A DNA stretch of 64,000 nt from Podarcis pityusensis (taxonomy: Eukaryota). Position 1 is the stretch's first letter; each line of letters opens with the position of its first letter. The position numbers were made by a program, and so were the translations under genes. The notes below the pieces were generated by a model that had not been told where the DNA came from, made no database searches, and saw only the letters and a list, made by a program, of their open reading frames with translations. Positions 39,717 to 51,290 of this stretch are shown here, in pieces. The stretch lies in the NCBI GenBank assembly GCA_964106645.2, contig OZ067049.1; one strand, 5' to 3'.

Positions 39717-39780
39717 CTTTACACTCCGTGCCTCATAAAGTGGGTTGTCAAATGCAGTTTTGAGGATCTCTTCCTGTTTC
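39717..39780 (-). CDS. MALRD1: MALRD1 cytoplasmic exon (KQEEILKTAFDNPLYEARSVK)
   Basis: Acceptor tctttttatag|G, donor AAG|gtgggt, 64 nt, phase 2 to 0, matching the TM exon. FDNPLY corresponds to recalled human AFVNPVY. Confidence 0.88.
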
Positions 39781-41869
39781 CTATAAAAAGACACAATGTC
39801 AAAGGCTACTGCATGTTGAGACTACTTTAGGTTACGAAGATGACAGGAGTCAAAGGGGAAACAAGGACCAAAATAAATTCAGATAAAATGATACCCTAGT
39901 AGTTAGAATTATGCCATGGGAAATACAATAAAAATGGCTTCTTTTCCATCAAAGTGCTAAATTAAATGGACTTTCCAATCTTAGATCCTCCCCTGGAGGG
40001 GCAAGGAAGATTTTCATTGTATTCTAAATACCATTTGATGCAATTTGTGACCAAAAGGGTCACAATTTGAATATCATCATCATCATCTGAGCAAAACAAT
40101 TTAATCCAAAACCTCTAATTCCCAAAGAAACATTCCAATGGAACAGAAAAATATCCCAGCTGCCCACAAAGGTCTTTCAAGCTGTTCATCTGAATCAATT
40201 CCGAAGTATTGTTTTTAAACTGCAAACCTTCTGCAAAAAAACCCCTGAGCCTGGTATTGGACCCTCTAAAGTTTCCCATATAAAAGAAAGCTCTACTTCT
40301 GTAACAGGTGCCAAAGTAATGATTAATTATTGAAAGATTACAGTATATTCTTTTACATAACTACACAAGAAAATCAATGGATAAAAAGGGTATAGTTATT
40401 CCAGAAATATCCCAAATAATGTGGGAAATTCCCCCTCAGCCTTTTGGTTTTTTCATGTCTCTCCCCCCGCACCCTGCCAATATTATGGAGATCTGCATTT
40501 AGCCTTATATATCTCCAACAAAAATTACTTAGGCTAATATGAATTTTGTGTTGTTTTGCCAGACTTATATATCATTTTAAAATGTTTCTCACAGATTAGT
40601 AGCAATGGTCAGAATTCATTCCTTAATATTCTCTTACATTTTTGCTGTTATAGCAAAGTCTTTGCTCTGTTTTCCAGCACAGAAATCCTTCCCCAATAAA
40701 TACGTTATAGATCTGACCTAAGAATGTGTGGTCTACTCATTGCAAGAGGGGCAGAGAGAGGGTGGGCAAGAGCTTCAAAGCAGACTAAACAGGATTTGCA
40801 AAAAGGGTTTAATAACCTATATTCCACACTATATTGCTGCTTAATTCTGAGAGTGTTTTTAACTCTGCTTGGAGCGCTCTCCTGCTTGAAAGTGTGCAAA
40901 CACCTATGTTCTAATTCTAGGCATCCAGACGATTCTTTTGTTCATTACCCACATGTGGATCAAATCTATTTTCCCCTCCACAATATCTACATTAGAAAAA
41001 ATGATGCATGGGGAAAGGAATAGCCACCTGTCTTTTAGCTCCATGGTCCTGATGAAATTCACCAACACCCTTCCCTGGTGCTGCTGGTTTTTAAAGAATT
41101 GTAAAGAGATGGCAGATTGCTGATGTCTTTTATGGCCTGGCCTTCAGGGCCAGCTGCTCATTATCAGAATCTTTAAAACAAAGCAGCTTCTTACTACTGA
41201 AATGAGTGTAATTTAGAACACCCTCCACCCCAATCCACACTTCTTTTTAAAAAAGAAATCAGCTATGTTAGCAAAGGCAGTAACAAGCTCCCTAGTCGGA
41301 AAAGTAATAATCCATGTGTTGCTAGAAACCATCAATTGTGTGCAGAAATGGCTTGCTTGCTTTAACATTGTGGTTTGGACAAAACAGTGGTTGAGTCAAA
41401 GTCACTTCAGTTAATTACATGGCTAGGACTCTAAAACCACATACCCCAACATTGTCCCACTGACCTTAAGGAGCCTTTTATTTGCAAAGCCGTATCGGCT
41501 GCCTTTGCCATTAAATGCATTGATTTAAGTATTTTACCTGGACAGCCAAGTCTTAGGCTGCAATCCAGTGCACATGTACTGGGGAGTAAAATCCATGGAA
41601 CCTCTCCCCCAGTCAACTATATAGGATTGTGTTCCTAGACTATCATGATGCAGAGGCTTCACATACCACAAGGCAACTCCCTGTTTGTGCAGGGGCTGCG
41701 TTCTGGGTCACTGTATGCTTCAGTGGTCAGGCAAAAGCCCGTTCTGCCCCTGTTCCACCCCAGTTCCTCCCACTTCCATAGCTGAAATGACATGCACAAA
41801 ATGATCACTATCTGTATTAGTACATTTGGGGTAAGTGGGTATGTATATGTATGTATGTATGTATGTACG

Positions 41870-41998
41870 CAGTGCTGTTTTCTAAAAAAAATGTTTAGGG
41901 GTACTCTCATTTTCCTACTCATATTGAAATACTGCCCCTCAATGAGGGGCAGTTTAGGGGTTTGTGTACCCCTGTGTCCCCCCAGAAAAAATGCACTG
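41870..41998. mobile_element. hAT MITE in a (TATG)n tract
   Basis: TIRs cagtgctgttttct / agaaaaaatgcactg; 8-bp TSD tatgtacg/tatgtatg once the adjacent LTR is removed. Confidence 0.75.
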
Positions 41999-42002
41999 TA
42001 TG

Positions 42003-42248
42003 TGTTATGTACTGAAGTTCTCACCCTGGGCCAGCAGGGGGATACTGTAGATAGTTTTCACTCAGGTCCACGTCAGTTATTTTAGGCGGGAAACCCTGGG
42101 TTGTTGTTGCTACAATGTTGACAGCCGGCTGCCTATAAAAGCAGGCCGGCTGAGCTGTTTGCTGTGCAGTTCTGTTCCAGCTTACAAAATAAAGAGCTGC
42201 TTTGGAGAAATCGCTGTGTCGTCTGCCATGTCTGCCCACCATTTAACA
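42003..42248 (+). mobile_element. Solo LTR, 246 bp
   Basis: TGTTA...TAACA termini, TATA box (cctataaaa), AATAAA, 5-bp TSD gtatg. Confidence 0.85.
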
Positions 42249-43749
42249 GTATGTATGTATCTGTCTATCAATCCATCCAAGTTTGCCTCCAATCTACTGA
42301 AGCTGACACATACCCTTCTCAACCATTACATCCTAGACCCATCCCCCCCCACCACCACTGAAGATTTCTGTCAGCAATTTTACTTGCTATTTTTTTAAAG
42401 AAAAAAACAAGAAGGCTCTTCTAAAAAGTCCCGAGGAGTAATCTGAGCTAATCTCATTCTTACAATGTTTACTTGTTGTCTGACATAACACAGACATTAC
42501 CCTTATTGGAAATAATAGCTCATGGTTAAAGTAATCGGCAATCTAGCCTTCGCAAGGTCTCACAATTATGAAGCTGTGTTGCCACTTTATAGCAAGAAGG
42601 AGAAAGCCAACCCACGGCCTGCAACTTGTCCAAAGTAATCAGAAAATAGGCCAGAATATTATACTCATTCATATTATCGTACTTTGTCTATGAAAGGAAA
42701 ACAGAAAATAGTTCCAACTTAGCAAGGCTAGAGAGAAAAAGCAGGGATCAATTTGAAGTTTGGGGAGAAAATGCCGGTGGCCTGGATTTCTGGAGAAAAC
42801 AAATGTTTAGTGAAAGAGTTCAGTCAGTTTTTAAAAATAGTAACTGTTGAGAGGAAAACTTAAATCATATTGGATTGCCAATGTAGAACACATGGAGAAC
42901 TGGTTTTTTTGTGTCTCCCCCCCAAACTTATAATATATAGAGTTACAAATAATTATTATGCAACATGCATTTCACAGCAGATATCTCATCCTTACCAACC
43001 AAAGTTGGAGACAGGCAATACAGATTACAAAAAAATTAATCAAGGCTTAAAGAAATCCTAGAATAGCAATAAACATTTGGGTGCCCTCTTATTGCTATTA
43101 TTTTCTTTTACAATATCTCCACTCTTTCTTTTGACCCAAGTCCTCAATGCAACTTGAGCCACAGCTCTGTGGAAGCCACTGTTCCAAATGACAATCCCAT
43201 ATGACTGGGGGGCTGCGTCTGATTGGGCAATCACTTAAGCCAGGACTGATTGAAAGGCTCTTTCCCATTGAAACAACAGTTATCAATAGAGTAGCATAAT
43301 TCAGCTGCCGTCTTCAGCCAGATTGCGTAGCTTCATGAAAAAAGGGTTCCTATGTGGCTGCAGCTACATTTAAAGAGAATCCTAAGGAGTTTTCTGCAAG
43401 ATGTGTTGCTATTTACACAAGGAGGGACAAAATCCACACTATCCCAAGGCCTGTCACATTTCTATGCCCCTGTTTTCCATGTGCAAAATTCTGTTTCTCA
43501 TTAATGCTTTGACCTGAGTGGTATGGACTGATGTCTCAAGTTATCCCTAACATTTTGCATTGTCCCTACCATCCCCTTGCTGCCTCAGAGCATAGTTTCA
43601 GGTGGACCACATTCAAATTCAAGAAGAGGAAGAGTCATAGCTCTTGATAAAGCACAAATGTTGCATAGAATTTTTTAGTTTTGGGTATTTTAACTTTTGT
43701 ATGTTTCAAAGTATGGTTGTGATTTTTTTATTAATTTTACTGTTTTTTG

Positions 43750-44330
43750 TAAGCTGATCCAAGTTCTGCTGATCCATTTTCCATTTGAATCTGGGACTAT
43801 GCTTCCCAAAGACCATAATTTTGGTCTTGGAGTAATTCACGACAAGCTCTTCCCACTTGCAATACCTGCTGAAAGCTGTACGCAGATTGTTAAGACCTAA
43901 TCGGGAGAGTAATAGGAGCACCACATCATCAGCGTACAGCAGGCAAGATATCTTCCTATTACTAATTGATGGGGCGGGGGATTGCACCTGTGTTAGCTGT
44001 GGCACCATATCATTTATATAAAAGTTAAAAAGTGTGGGAGCTAATATGCAGCCTTGTTTCATGCCTCTTGATGTCCTGAATGCTTCCGAGAGATCTCCCT
44101 TTAAGCCCACTCTGACTCGTGTTTCGGTACCACTATACAGTTCAAGAATTAATAATAATGGTCGTGGGTCTATATTAGCATTTGAGAATTTCTCCCACAG
44201 TCTGTTATGATTGATTGAGTTGAAAGCAGCAGATAGGTCAATGAAGGCAGCAAACAGGTTACATTTGCTTTGATTGATATATTTGTTAATAATATGAGAC
44301 AGTGTAAAGCACTGGTCAGTAGTGCTATAT
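43750..44330 (-). mobile_element. Non-LTR retrotransposon reverse-transcriptase fragment (RTE-X-like)
   Basis: Open frame with AFIDLSAAFNSI, RGMKQGCILAPTLFNFYIND, LLYADD and VNYSKTKIMVF. Confidence 0.88.
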
Positions 44331-47040
44331 AGTGTGGACATTATGGAACTGGATGGTCCAATGGCCTGACTCAGCATAAGGCAGATTCCTGTGTTCCTAA
44401 CCTAGTGTACAATTCCTTTGTGCACAAGAATTCGGCCCCTCCATTGATGTGAATCAGGATCCTACATCTTGCTGCACATGGATCTCTGGACTAGGCTGCT
44501 CATGTAGGAGGGCAAACAAAGTAGGAGAAAGCTTGCTGTCATCTGAGATATGGAGAAGCTAGCCCCTACTCCATCTCACCTTCACTTGAGATATCACCTA
44601 ATAAGCAAGAAAAACCCTTTGAAGTGTGTGGGGGGGGGATGCCAACCAACCTATGAAATAAACTGACCCCTCAGATACAAACTTTCAAAGATGCACAAAA
44701 GGTTCCATAAATATAACTAACATGTTCTTTTACCAGTGCAAAGTTCTGCTGCGCACAATTTGAGCTGGGGAAAAAGGAATCTTATTTATTCCATTTATTC
44801 CATTCAGCTGATGAAACATGGGTCAAGATAGACTCCAGTCAAGTCAAGTGGCGCTTTTGTTGATTGGCTCAGAAATCCTGTACCTTTATATTTCTTGCTT
44901 GATTAGGCTCTTAATACATAGCCAGGTCCACCTCCTTCTACACTTCACTTCTTCCTCAGGCACTTTCTGCCCTTTTACATCATTTTCTACTGGGGGTCTC
45001 CGTATCGCTCATTATTGCCACTCCCAGCTCCATCTCAAAGGACAAACGGTTTTGTTGTTTGCTTCTGAATAGCAAAAGAACATTCTATGCCATTTCTTTG
45101 CATTTTGTCACACACATAGTCACAAACACATAATATGTGTCAAGGCATGTCCTTTGGGGAAAAGACTAAGGGGACTATGAATTAACGCTCTCTTAGCTAG
45201 ATGGTGAAACAGATTTCTAGCTGACAATAAATGATTTTGAAGAAACTATAAATAGATAAAAGTGATTATTCAGAGAAGAGGATAATATGTGCTTTCTCCT
45301 TCCTACCTGGAAGTAAGATATTGTTACTCATTTATAACCTGCTATGCTCTTCATAGCTTCGAATTCAATTTGGATAAAAAGAATAAATCAGGGGTGCACT
45401 GCAATCTGTTTAAAACTAAGTGGGAGTCAAAATATGTGAATACAGATGGAAACACAACACATGGGAATTGAAGCTTTGGGCGTGTATTTTTTCTTACATA
45501 TGATATAATTAACTTTACAATTATTTCCAACATACTCTGGAGCCTTTTCCTTCTAAAGAAGACACAAAGACGGAAGGAATGGTGTCAGAAAGCAAGCCAG
45601 CACTGTAATTGACAGGCCCATCTGCCAACAGAGTAAAGCCTGGGGTGCCCAGCACAAAATCTGATGGGCCTACTTGTCTGAAATTTGGCAAGCTTCATTT
45701 TCCCAGAAGAGGCTAGCATACCTGCAAATTTAATCCAGTTGTGTTTAAAAACTGTAAAAGGTAGAGGCACGTTGCAATTTCCCCATTTAAATCAATGTCC
45801 TGCTCCTGGTTTGGCTTAAGTTCTCCAGATCAGAGTGATTTATCCAGCAGAAGAACAATGTGCATTCAGAGAGATGGTTCATTAGATTCATAGCCATTGG
45901 CTTCAATGATTGATGCAGCTAAGTTGGATAAAATATCTTTGTTTTGGCATCTTTAGTTTAGGGAAAGGCCTTTGGCTCAGTTACCTGGCATCATGCCTTG
46001 CATGCAAAAGGTGTCAGGTTGACTCCCCAGTGTCACCATGTAGGGCTGGGAAAGCTGCTGTCAGTCAGTGTTGACAGTACTGATTTAGTTAGATGGATTG
46101 AGTTGGTGTAAGGCAACTTTGCATGATCTGGACGAAGTTGGTGGCACTTAATTCCCATTGAAATCATTGATAAAACTTAGTCACGACTTAGCTTAAATCT
46201 CATTGATTTTAATACGAAAGAAGCGCAACTAACTTAGCCTTGATCCACCCCATTGCATTTAATTCAAGCTTGAAATAAAATGAAAGCAGGATGGACACAA
46301 ATATTTTCCTCCTACACACCAATCAGCTGAAAGACATTAAAGTACTTTACCCTCATTCAGTCAAATGAGGACAGCCGCCAATGAAAGAGGTAAACAGCTG
46401 CTGACTGCTAGCTATTTTCTAGTCCTTTGCTCCAAAATGAAATCTCTAGAGTTTAGACATCATTAATATGCAAAGCCTTGATATTCTAACCAGTTAGGAA
46501 TTTCTGAACAAAAAGTTTGTTCACTGTGTTAACCAGAAGCAACAGGGTTACTCCTATATCTGCTTTTCAGTGAGACAAAGACATGTCCTTCTGCCAAGCC
46601 ACAGGGTTGGCTGTTGTTGAGTTACATCCAGGAAGAGTTCCAGTCCTGCAAACGACTTTTCCAGATGACTGACTGAAGACTTGGCATTTCACAAAAAAAG
46701 AAGCTAACGTGAAGCTTTTTTGGAAGCTACACTCTTACCAGGTGTAATGAAGAATATTTAGCACTGCAAGTGTCAAACCTGTATGAAATGGTAATTCAAC
46801 ATAAAACAACAGTTCAACCTCTACCAACCACTATAGCCTGATTCTTTCAAAAACATACTTTAGGGTCATATAAGCCAGGGGTCAGGGGTAAAGAACCTGT
46901 GGAACCCCAGATGCAGCTGGACTACAACACCCATGATTCCTGACCATTGGGCATGCTGGCTGGGGCTGACAGGAGTTGCAGTCCAGCAAAAGCTGGAAGG
47001 TCACAAGTTTCCCACCCCTGCTGTAAGTTTATCTCACTTC

Positions 47041-47175
47041 CAGGACTTTCTTCAGCCAGAACTTACCTGAACTCAGTTCTAGCACCTCTCAGGTAGGCGC
47101 CATTGCCATTATAAGCAAGCAAGGGAGGTGTTCATGGTGAGTTCTGGCACCTCTTTTTCTAGAAAAATAGCACTG
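47041..47175. mobile_element. hAT MITE, 135 bp
   Basis: cag...ctg ends; perfect 8-bp TSD ctcacttc. Confidence 0.8.
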
Positions 47176-48991
47176 CTCACTTCTGAATAGGGCATTCACA
47201 TTAGCAATACATTTGAAGGGTCAGTTGCAACTGCTGAATCTGTAACAGACTACAATAAGGTCTTCCTTTTACTGTGTACCTGTATCCAGAGGTTATCCTA
47301 TGTTCTGCAGCACTTCTCAAGCCTTCCACCTGGTCTGTCCTAATCACTAACTTCAACCCACAGCACCCTTCAAGACAGCTGTCCACCACCCAGCCCAGCC
47401 CAATCCTTCTGTATTGCATATTGCATGAATTTATCTCCATACAAGTTGCTTTTCATCACATTACCTTCACTTTTCTCATATGTTGCTCCATTAGTCACTT
47501 TTTCTTCAAGAGGCGCAATAGCTGTAGACTAGACTTTCACAAAACTTTATCTTAATTGACTTTTTCACCAGTAAAATACATGAAGTGGAATTGGAATATG
47601 GACACACAACACTTTTACATGAATTTGTCCTCTGGCACGAAGCCTTGAAGCTGAATTTCCTAGGTCAGATGTTCCTCCCGGGTAAATGACAGTGCTATGT
47701 TCGCCAGCCAGTTGCCTCAAGCCATCAGAGCACTATCATGTGCATAGATTTATTTGGGATTCTGTCAGTTATAAATTTTGCTGAGCTGGATGTTGTTCTG
47801 AGGCACAGAAGAAACTTCAAAGGAAATAATTTCTGAAATTATCAATACAGCTGGTCCTACACACTTGGAATTTATATTTTGACATCATGGAGGTCAAGAG
47901 TCCTTTGCAAGTTTAAATCTATATAGCAAGTAACCTCCTTGGCGATGATGACACTCCATATCCTTGTCTGATACACACCCTCTGATACACACTTCTCTCA
48001 CCAACATCAACTCACAGAAGCCCTGTTCCATAGTTCCCATTGCTCCCCATCCCCCCACCATAAATGGGGGGGGGGGAGAGAATTAGGAATAAGCTAAAGG
48101 AAAAAATATCCTGGTATTTTCCTTTGCAGTATAATCCCATACTTCCAAAAGGCATTGCTGCACAATAAATGCACCTGTACTTCTTCTCATTTATCAAGCA
48201 CTGACAAAAACATGCTCAAGATGTCACAGCAGCACATATTTCTATACCTCTTGAAGCTCAATGTTTTATTTATTATTTTCACACTTATATCACACCTTTC
48301 CTCCAAGGAGCTCCAAGTTGTGCATACAACTCCCCCTCTTCCCATTTTATCCCCACAACAACTCTGAGGTAAATTAGGCTGAGAGACTGAGGCACATTTT
48401 TGACTGATTATGCAGAAAGGATATAACCTAAGGTAGGTATATAGAGGGGGAAATTTCAAAAAGGAAACTAAAACAGAGTAGGACAGAACAGATGACCTGC
48501 AATGACCATACCTTCCCCAAGCAGGTGTGAACACAAAACTGCGTCATGTCGAAACAGATCATGTTGGTCCAGTATTGTGTACGCTGAGTGGGAGTTGTTC
48601 GCCAGTGTCTTAGTCTTTCCCAGTTGGGCCACCTAAGATCTTTTCAGCTAGCGATACAGAAGATTGAACCTTGAAACATATGCATGTGCCCAGCTTTGAA
48701 ACACTCTCCGATTACTAGCATAAGCAAAGCTGACTGCGAGATCCATCTGGCATGCAGACTGCTCACAGACTCAATTCAGCACACACTGGCATGGCTTGAG
48801 AGTAAAGCAGAGCAAATTTCAGGCAGTGCTCTGGGAATATATAGAAGTCCGAAGTTGCTTCAGCAAGGAACAAGCTGAAACTGAGTCCTTCTGCAGCAGT
48901 AGGACTAATAGCTAGCAGTCCAATTGCTAGCAGCATCTGTGCTGCAAGATGCTGCTTTACTGAAAGGGGCCAGCCCTTCTCCAGTTATCTC

Positions 48992-49454
48992 CTACTCCTG
49001 TAGAGGAGCCTCAGGTCTTCCTGAACCTTCTGCAGTGGAGTCCTCTTGAGTTAGAGGAAGGCAGTGCCATAACCTTGGGGGGTGGGTACAGCCATGCAGT
49101 TTCATCTGGTAACAGTGGTTCTGGGGCTGGCCCTGCGTGCCCTTCTGTTTCAGTTTCGGAGTCCTCGCCTCCATCACCCCATGATGGTCCCTGGTCCCTG
49201 ACACTGTAGAAGCTAGTGTTCGTTTGCTGCTTGATTTGCCTTTGGAAAGGTTTCGCAAAATGCCACAACTATCCCTTGAAACTGCCCCTAAAATCAATGT
49301 TGCTGAATTTCTACGAGCATGGGGCTTTAATGTGTCTTTAAAACCACTCGTGCTCAAGCAATCAAGTTTCAACTTATTCCCCTTTGACCCTTCTATCCAC
49401 TTGAAGTTGTCTAGGGTTGAAAAACTTTTGTAGTATTCTTGTTGGTGCACAGCC
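48992..49454 (-). CDS. Candidate alternative terminal exon of MALRD1 (153 aa, AVHQQEYYKSF...PEAPLQE*)
   Basis: Acceptor tttttaatcttgcctcag|G 108 nt after the TM-exon donor; phase-compatible (AC|G = Thr); open to TAG. No homology recognised and no expression evidence. Confidence 0.3.
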
Positions 49455-49562
49455 CTGAGGCAAGATTAAAAAGCTGAACTAAGAAAATGGGCTGCTATTC
49501 CCTCTGCTTTGTTCCACACCGGGGCCTGATTTTCTTTGTACACAATGAAAGACTTCACTTAC

Positions 49563-49659
49563 GTTCTTGGCAATTTCCTCTTTGAAAGGATGCATGAAAC
49601 AGCGACTGCAATTTCAATCAACAGGAAAGCTAATCCAATCCCCAGTCCAGTCCAAGTAT
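49563..49659 (-). CDS. MALRD1: MALRD1 transmembrane exon ([33 protein letters not shown])
   Basis: Acceptor tctctgcag|, donor AAC|gtaagt, 97 nt, phase 1 to 2, after a 92-nt intron. Hydrophobic helix followed by KRK; recalled human [29 protein letters not shown]. Confidence 0.93.
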
Positions 49660-49751
49660 CTGCAGAGACAAGCAAGGGAATGAGATAAATAAGCAAAGAA
49701 ACGTATCCACAAAATTGCCTGAAGATATTTTATTGATTTGACTGGACTCAC

Positions 49752-49834
49752 CATTTTTCAGGGAACCAGAAGATGGCATCGGAGGAGACTTAGCCTTCAT
49801 GTGGCAACGGTTTCCCTTCCACTCCTTTCCACAT
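49752..49834 (-). CDS. MALRD1: MALRD1 exon: end of EGF-like domain plus stalk (CGKEWKGNRCHMKAKSPPMPSSGSLKN)
   Basis: Acceptor caccag|A, donor ATG|gtgagt, 83 nt, phase 2 to 1. CxxxWxGxRC EGF signature; recalled human sequence CRQGWKGNRCH. Confidence 0.92.
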
Positions 49835-50399
49835 CTGGTGATGGCAGGTGGGGAGGATTGTTGTCAGACATGAGAAAATAAATATTAAATCTGCACCATA
49901 ACATATAATGTGGAACAAACAGAGCCTAGTACTTAAAAACATGAGAAATAAGTTCAATAATGCAACTGAAATGAGCAATACATAATCTGTCAATGTCCAT
50001 GTAAATGTGTGGATAAGATTTGCTTGGAACCTAGCTCAGAATTAACATGTACATCTTAAATGTCCAGAACAAACTGGAAGGGCAGGAAAGCAGAACACGA
50101 TAGCATTCATCACCATAGCCAGTTCCATGGACCTATTTGGGAGCTAATGGAGAAAATATTTTGTTTACTAATTAAAAGAACAAATCTTGTTTCTCTTTTT
50201 GTTTTATTTCCCCTTCCAGGAAACATTAGGGTTTTAATTTTTTTTGCCAAATTGCCACTCCAAAATTAGGCAGCAAATTATACCAATTTAAACACCCCAC
50301 AGTTTATACCTAAGTATTTGCATCTTCCCTTACTGCTGTGCTGACAATGCCCTGGCAACCTGTGCTAATACAAACACCCTGTGTTGTGATTTCACACTA

Positions 50400-50641
50400 C
50401 AGTGGCACCTCTACTTATGAACTTAATTCGTTCTGGAGGTCCGTTCTTAACCTGAAACTGTTCTTAACCTGAGGTACCACTTTAGCTAATGGGGCCTCTT
50501 GCTGCTGCTGCGCCGCCAGCACACGATTTCCATTCTCATCCTGGGGCAAAGTTCTCAACTCGAGGTAACTATTCCAGGTTAGCAGAGTTTGTAACCTGAA
50601 GCGTTTGTAACCTGAGGTGTTTGTAACTCAAGGTACCACAG
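50400..50641. mobile_element. Tc1/mariner MITE, ~240-bp family, copy 4
   Basis: Same family TIRs; TA TSD. Confidence 0.87.
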
Positions 50642-50799
50642 TATTAGTAAAGAGGCTCTATTCCTACAGATGCTTTTCAGTCTTGACTGAAAAGTAACCA
50701 ACCACCATATTGCAAGCCCCAAAGTCTCTTATTTCTGGTTGTAATGCTCACTTTTCTCTAATTCCACTGCCTTTTTAAAGCTAGGTAAGATGAAGATGC

Positions 50800-51290
50800 T
50801 CTTAACTGTTTACTCCTTTGACCAAAGATATGGTACTCTGCTCGTTTTGGATGGGGTTGCATGCCCCAAAGTACTTAGCTCGAGGGTGCTTTTAGACCTG
50901 GCCCTTATCTTGGATGTTTAAGGAGTATGCATGTGACACAAGAAAGCCTTTTACTAACTGAAACTGGTGCTTCAATTATGGCCCCCTTTGGACAGAAACA
51001 GCCTGGTCACGGTAGTCCATGCCCTACTAACATCCAGTTCAGACTACTGCAATATTTTGCATGTGGAGCTGCCTTTGAAACTTTGGTTAGTGGAGCAAGC
51101 TTTCCTGTCTGGTACTAGCATCAGGGAATATATCTTTCCAATATTGAAAGAATTTCATGGGCTTCCTATTTGTTTCCAGGCATAATTCAAAGCACTGATA
51201 CCAACCTCATAGCCTTTCGTACAGTAGCCTGGGGTTTGCGTATCAGAAAAACTGCCAAATGATGTTACCTGGGTATTAAGGTCTTCAGAA
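50800..51290 (+). mobile_element. L2 LINE fragment
   Basis: Frame VVHALLTSSSDYCNILHVELPLK..LKEFHGLPI resembles L2 'VHALVTSRLDYCN..GLPLK..LHWLP'. Confidence 0.75.

Noticed and set aside
40786-40810. LFANPV look-alike of the NPxY exon
   Set aside because: Followed immediately by TAG; the true exon is 39717-39780.
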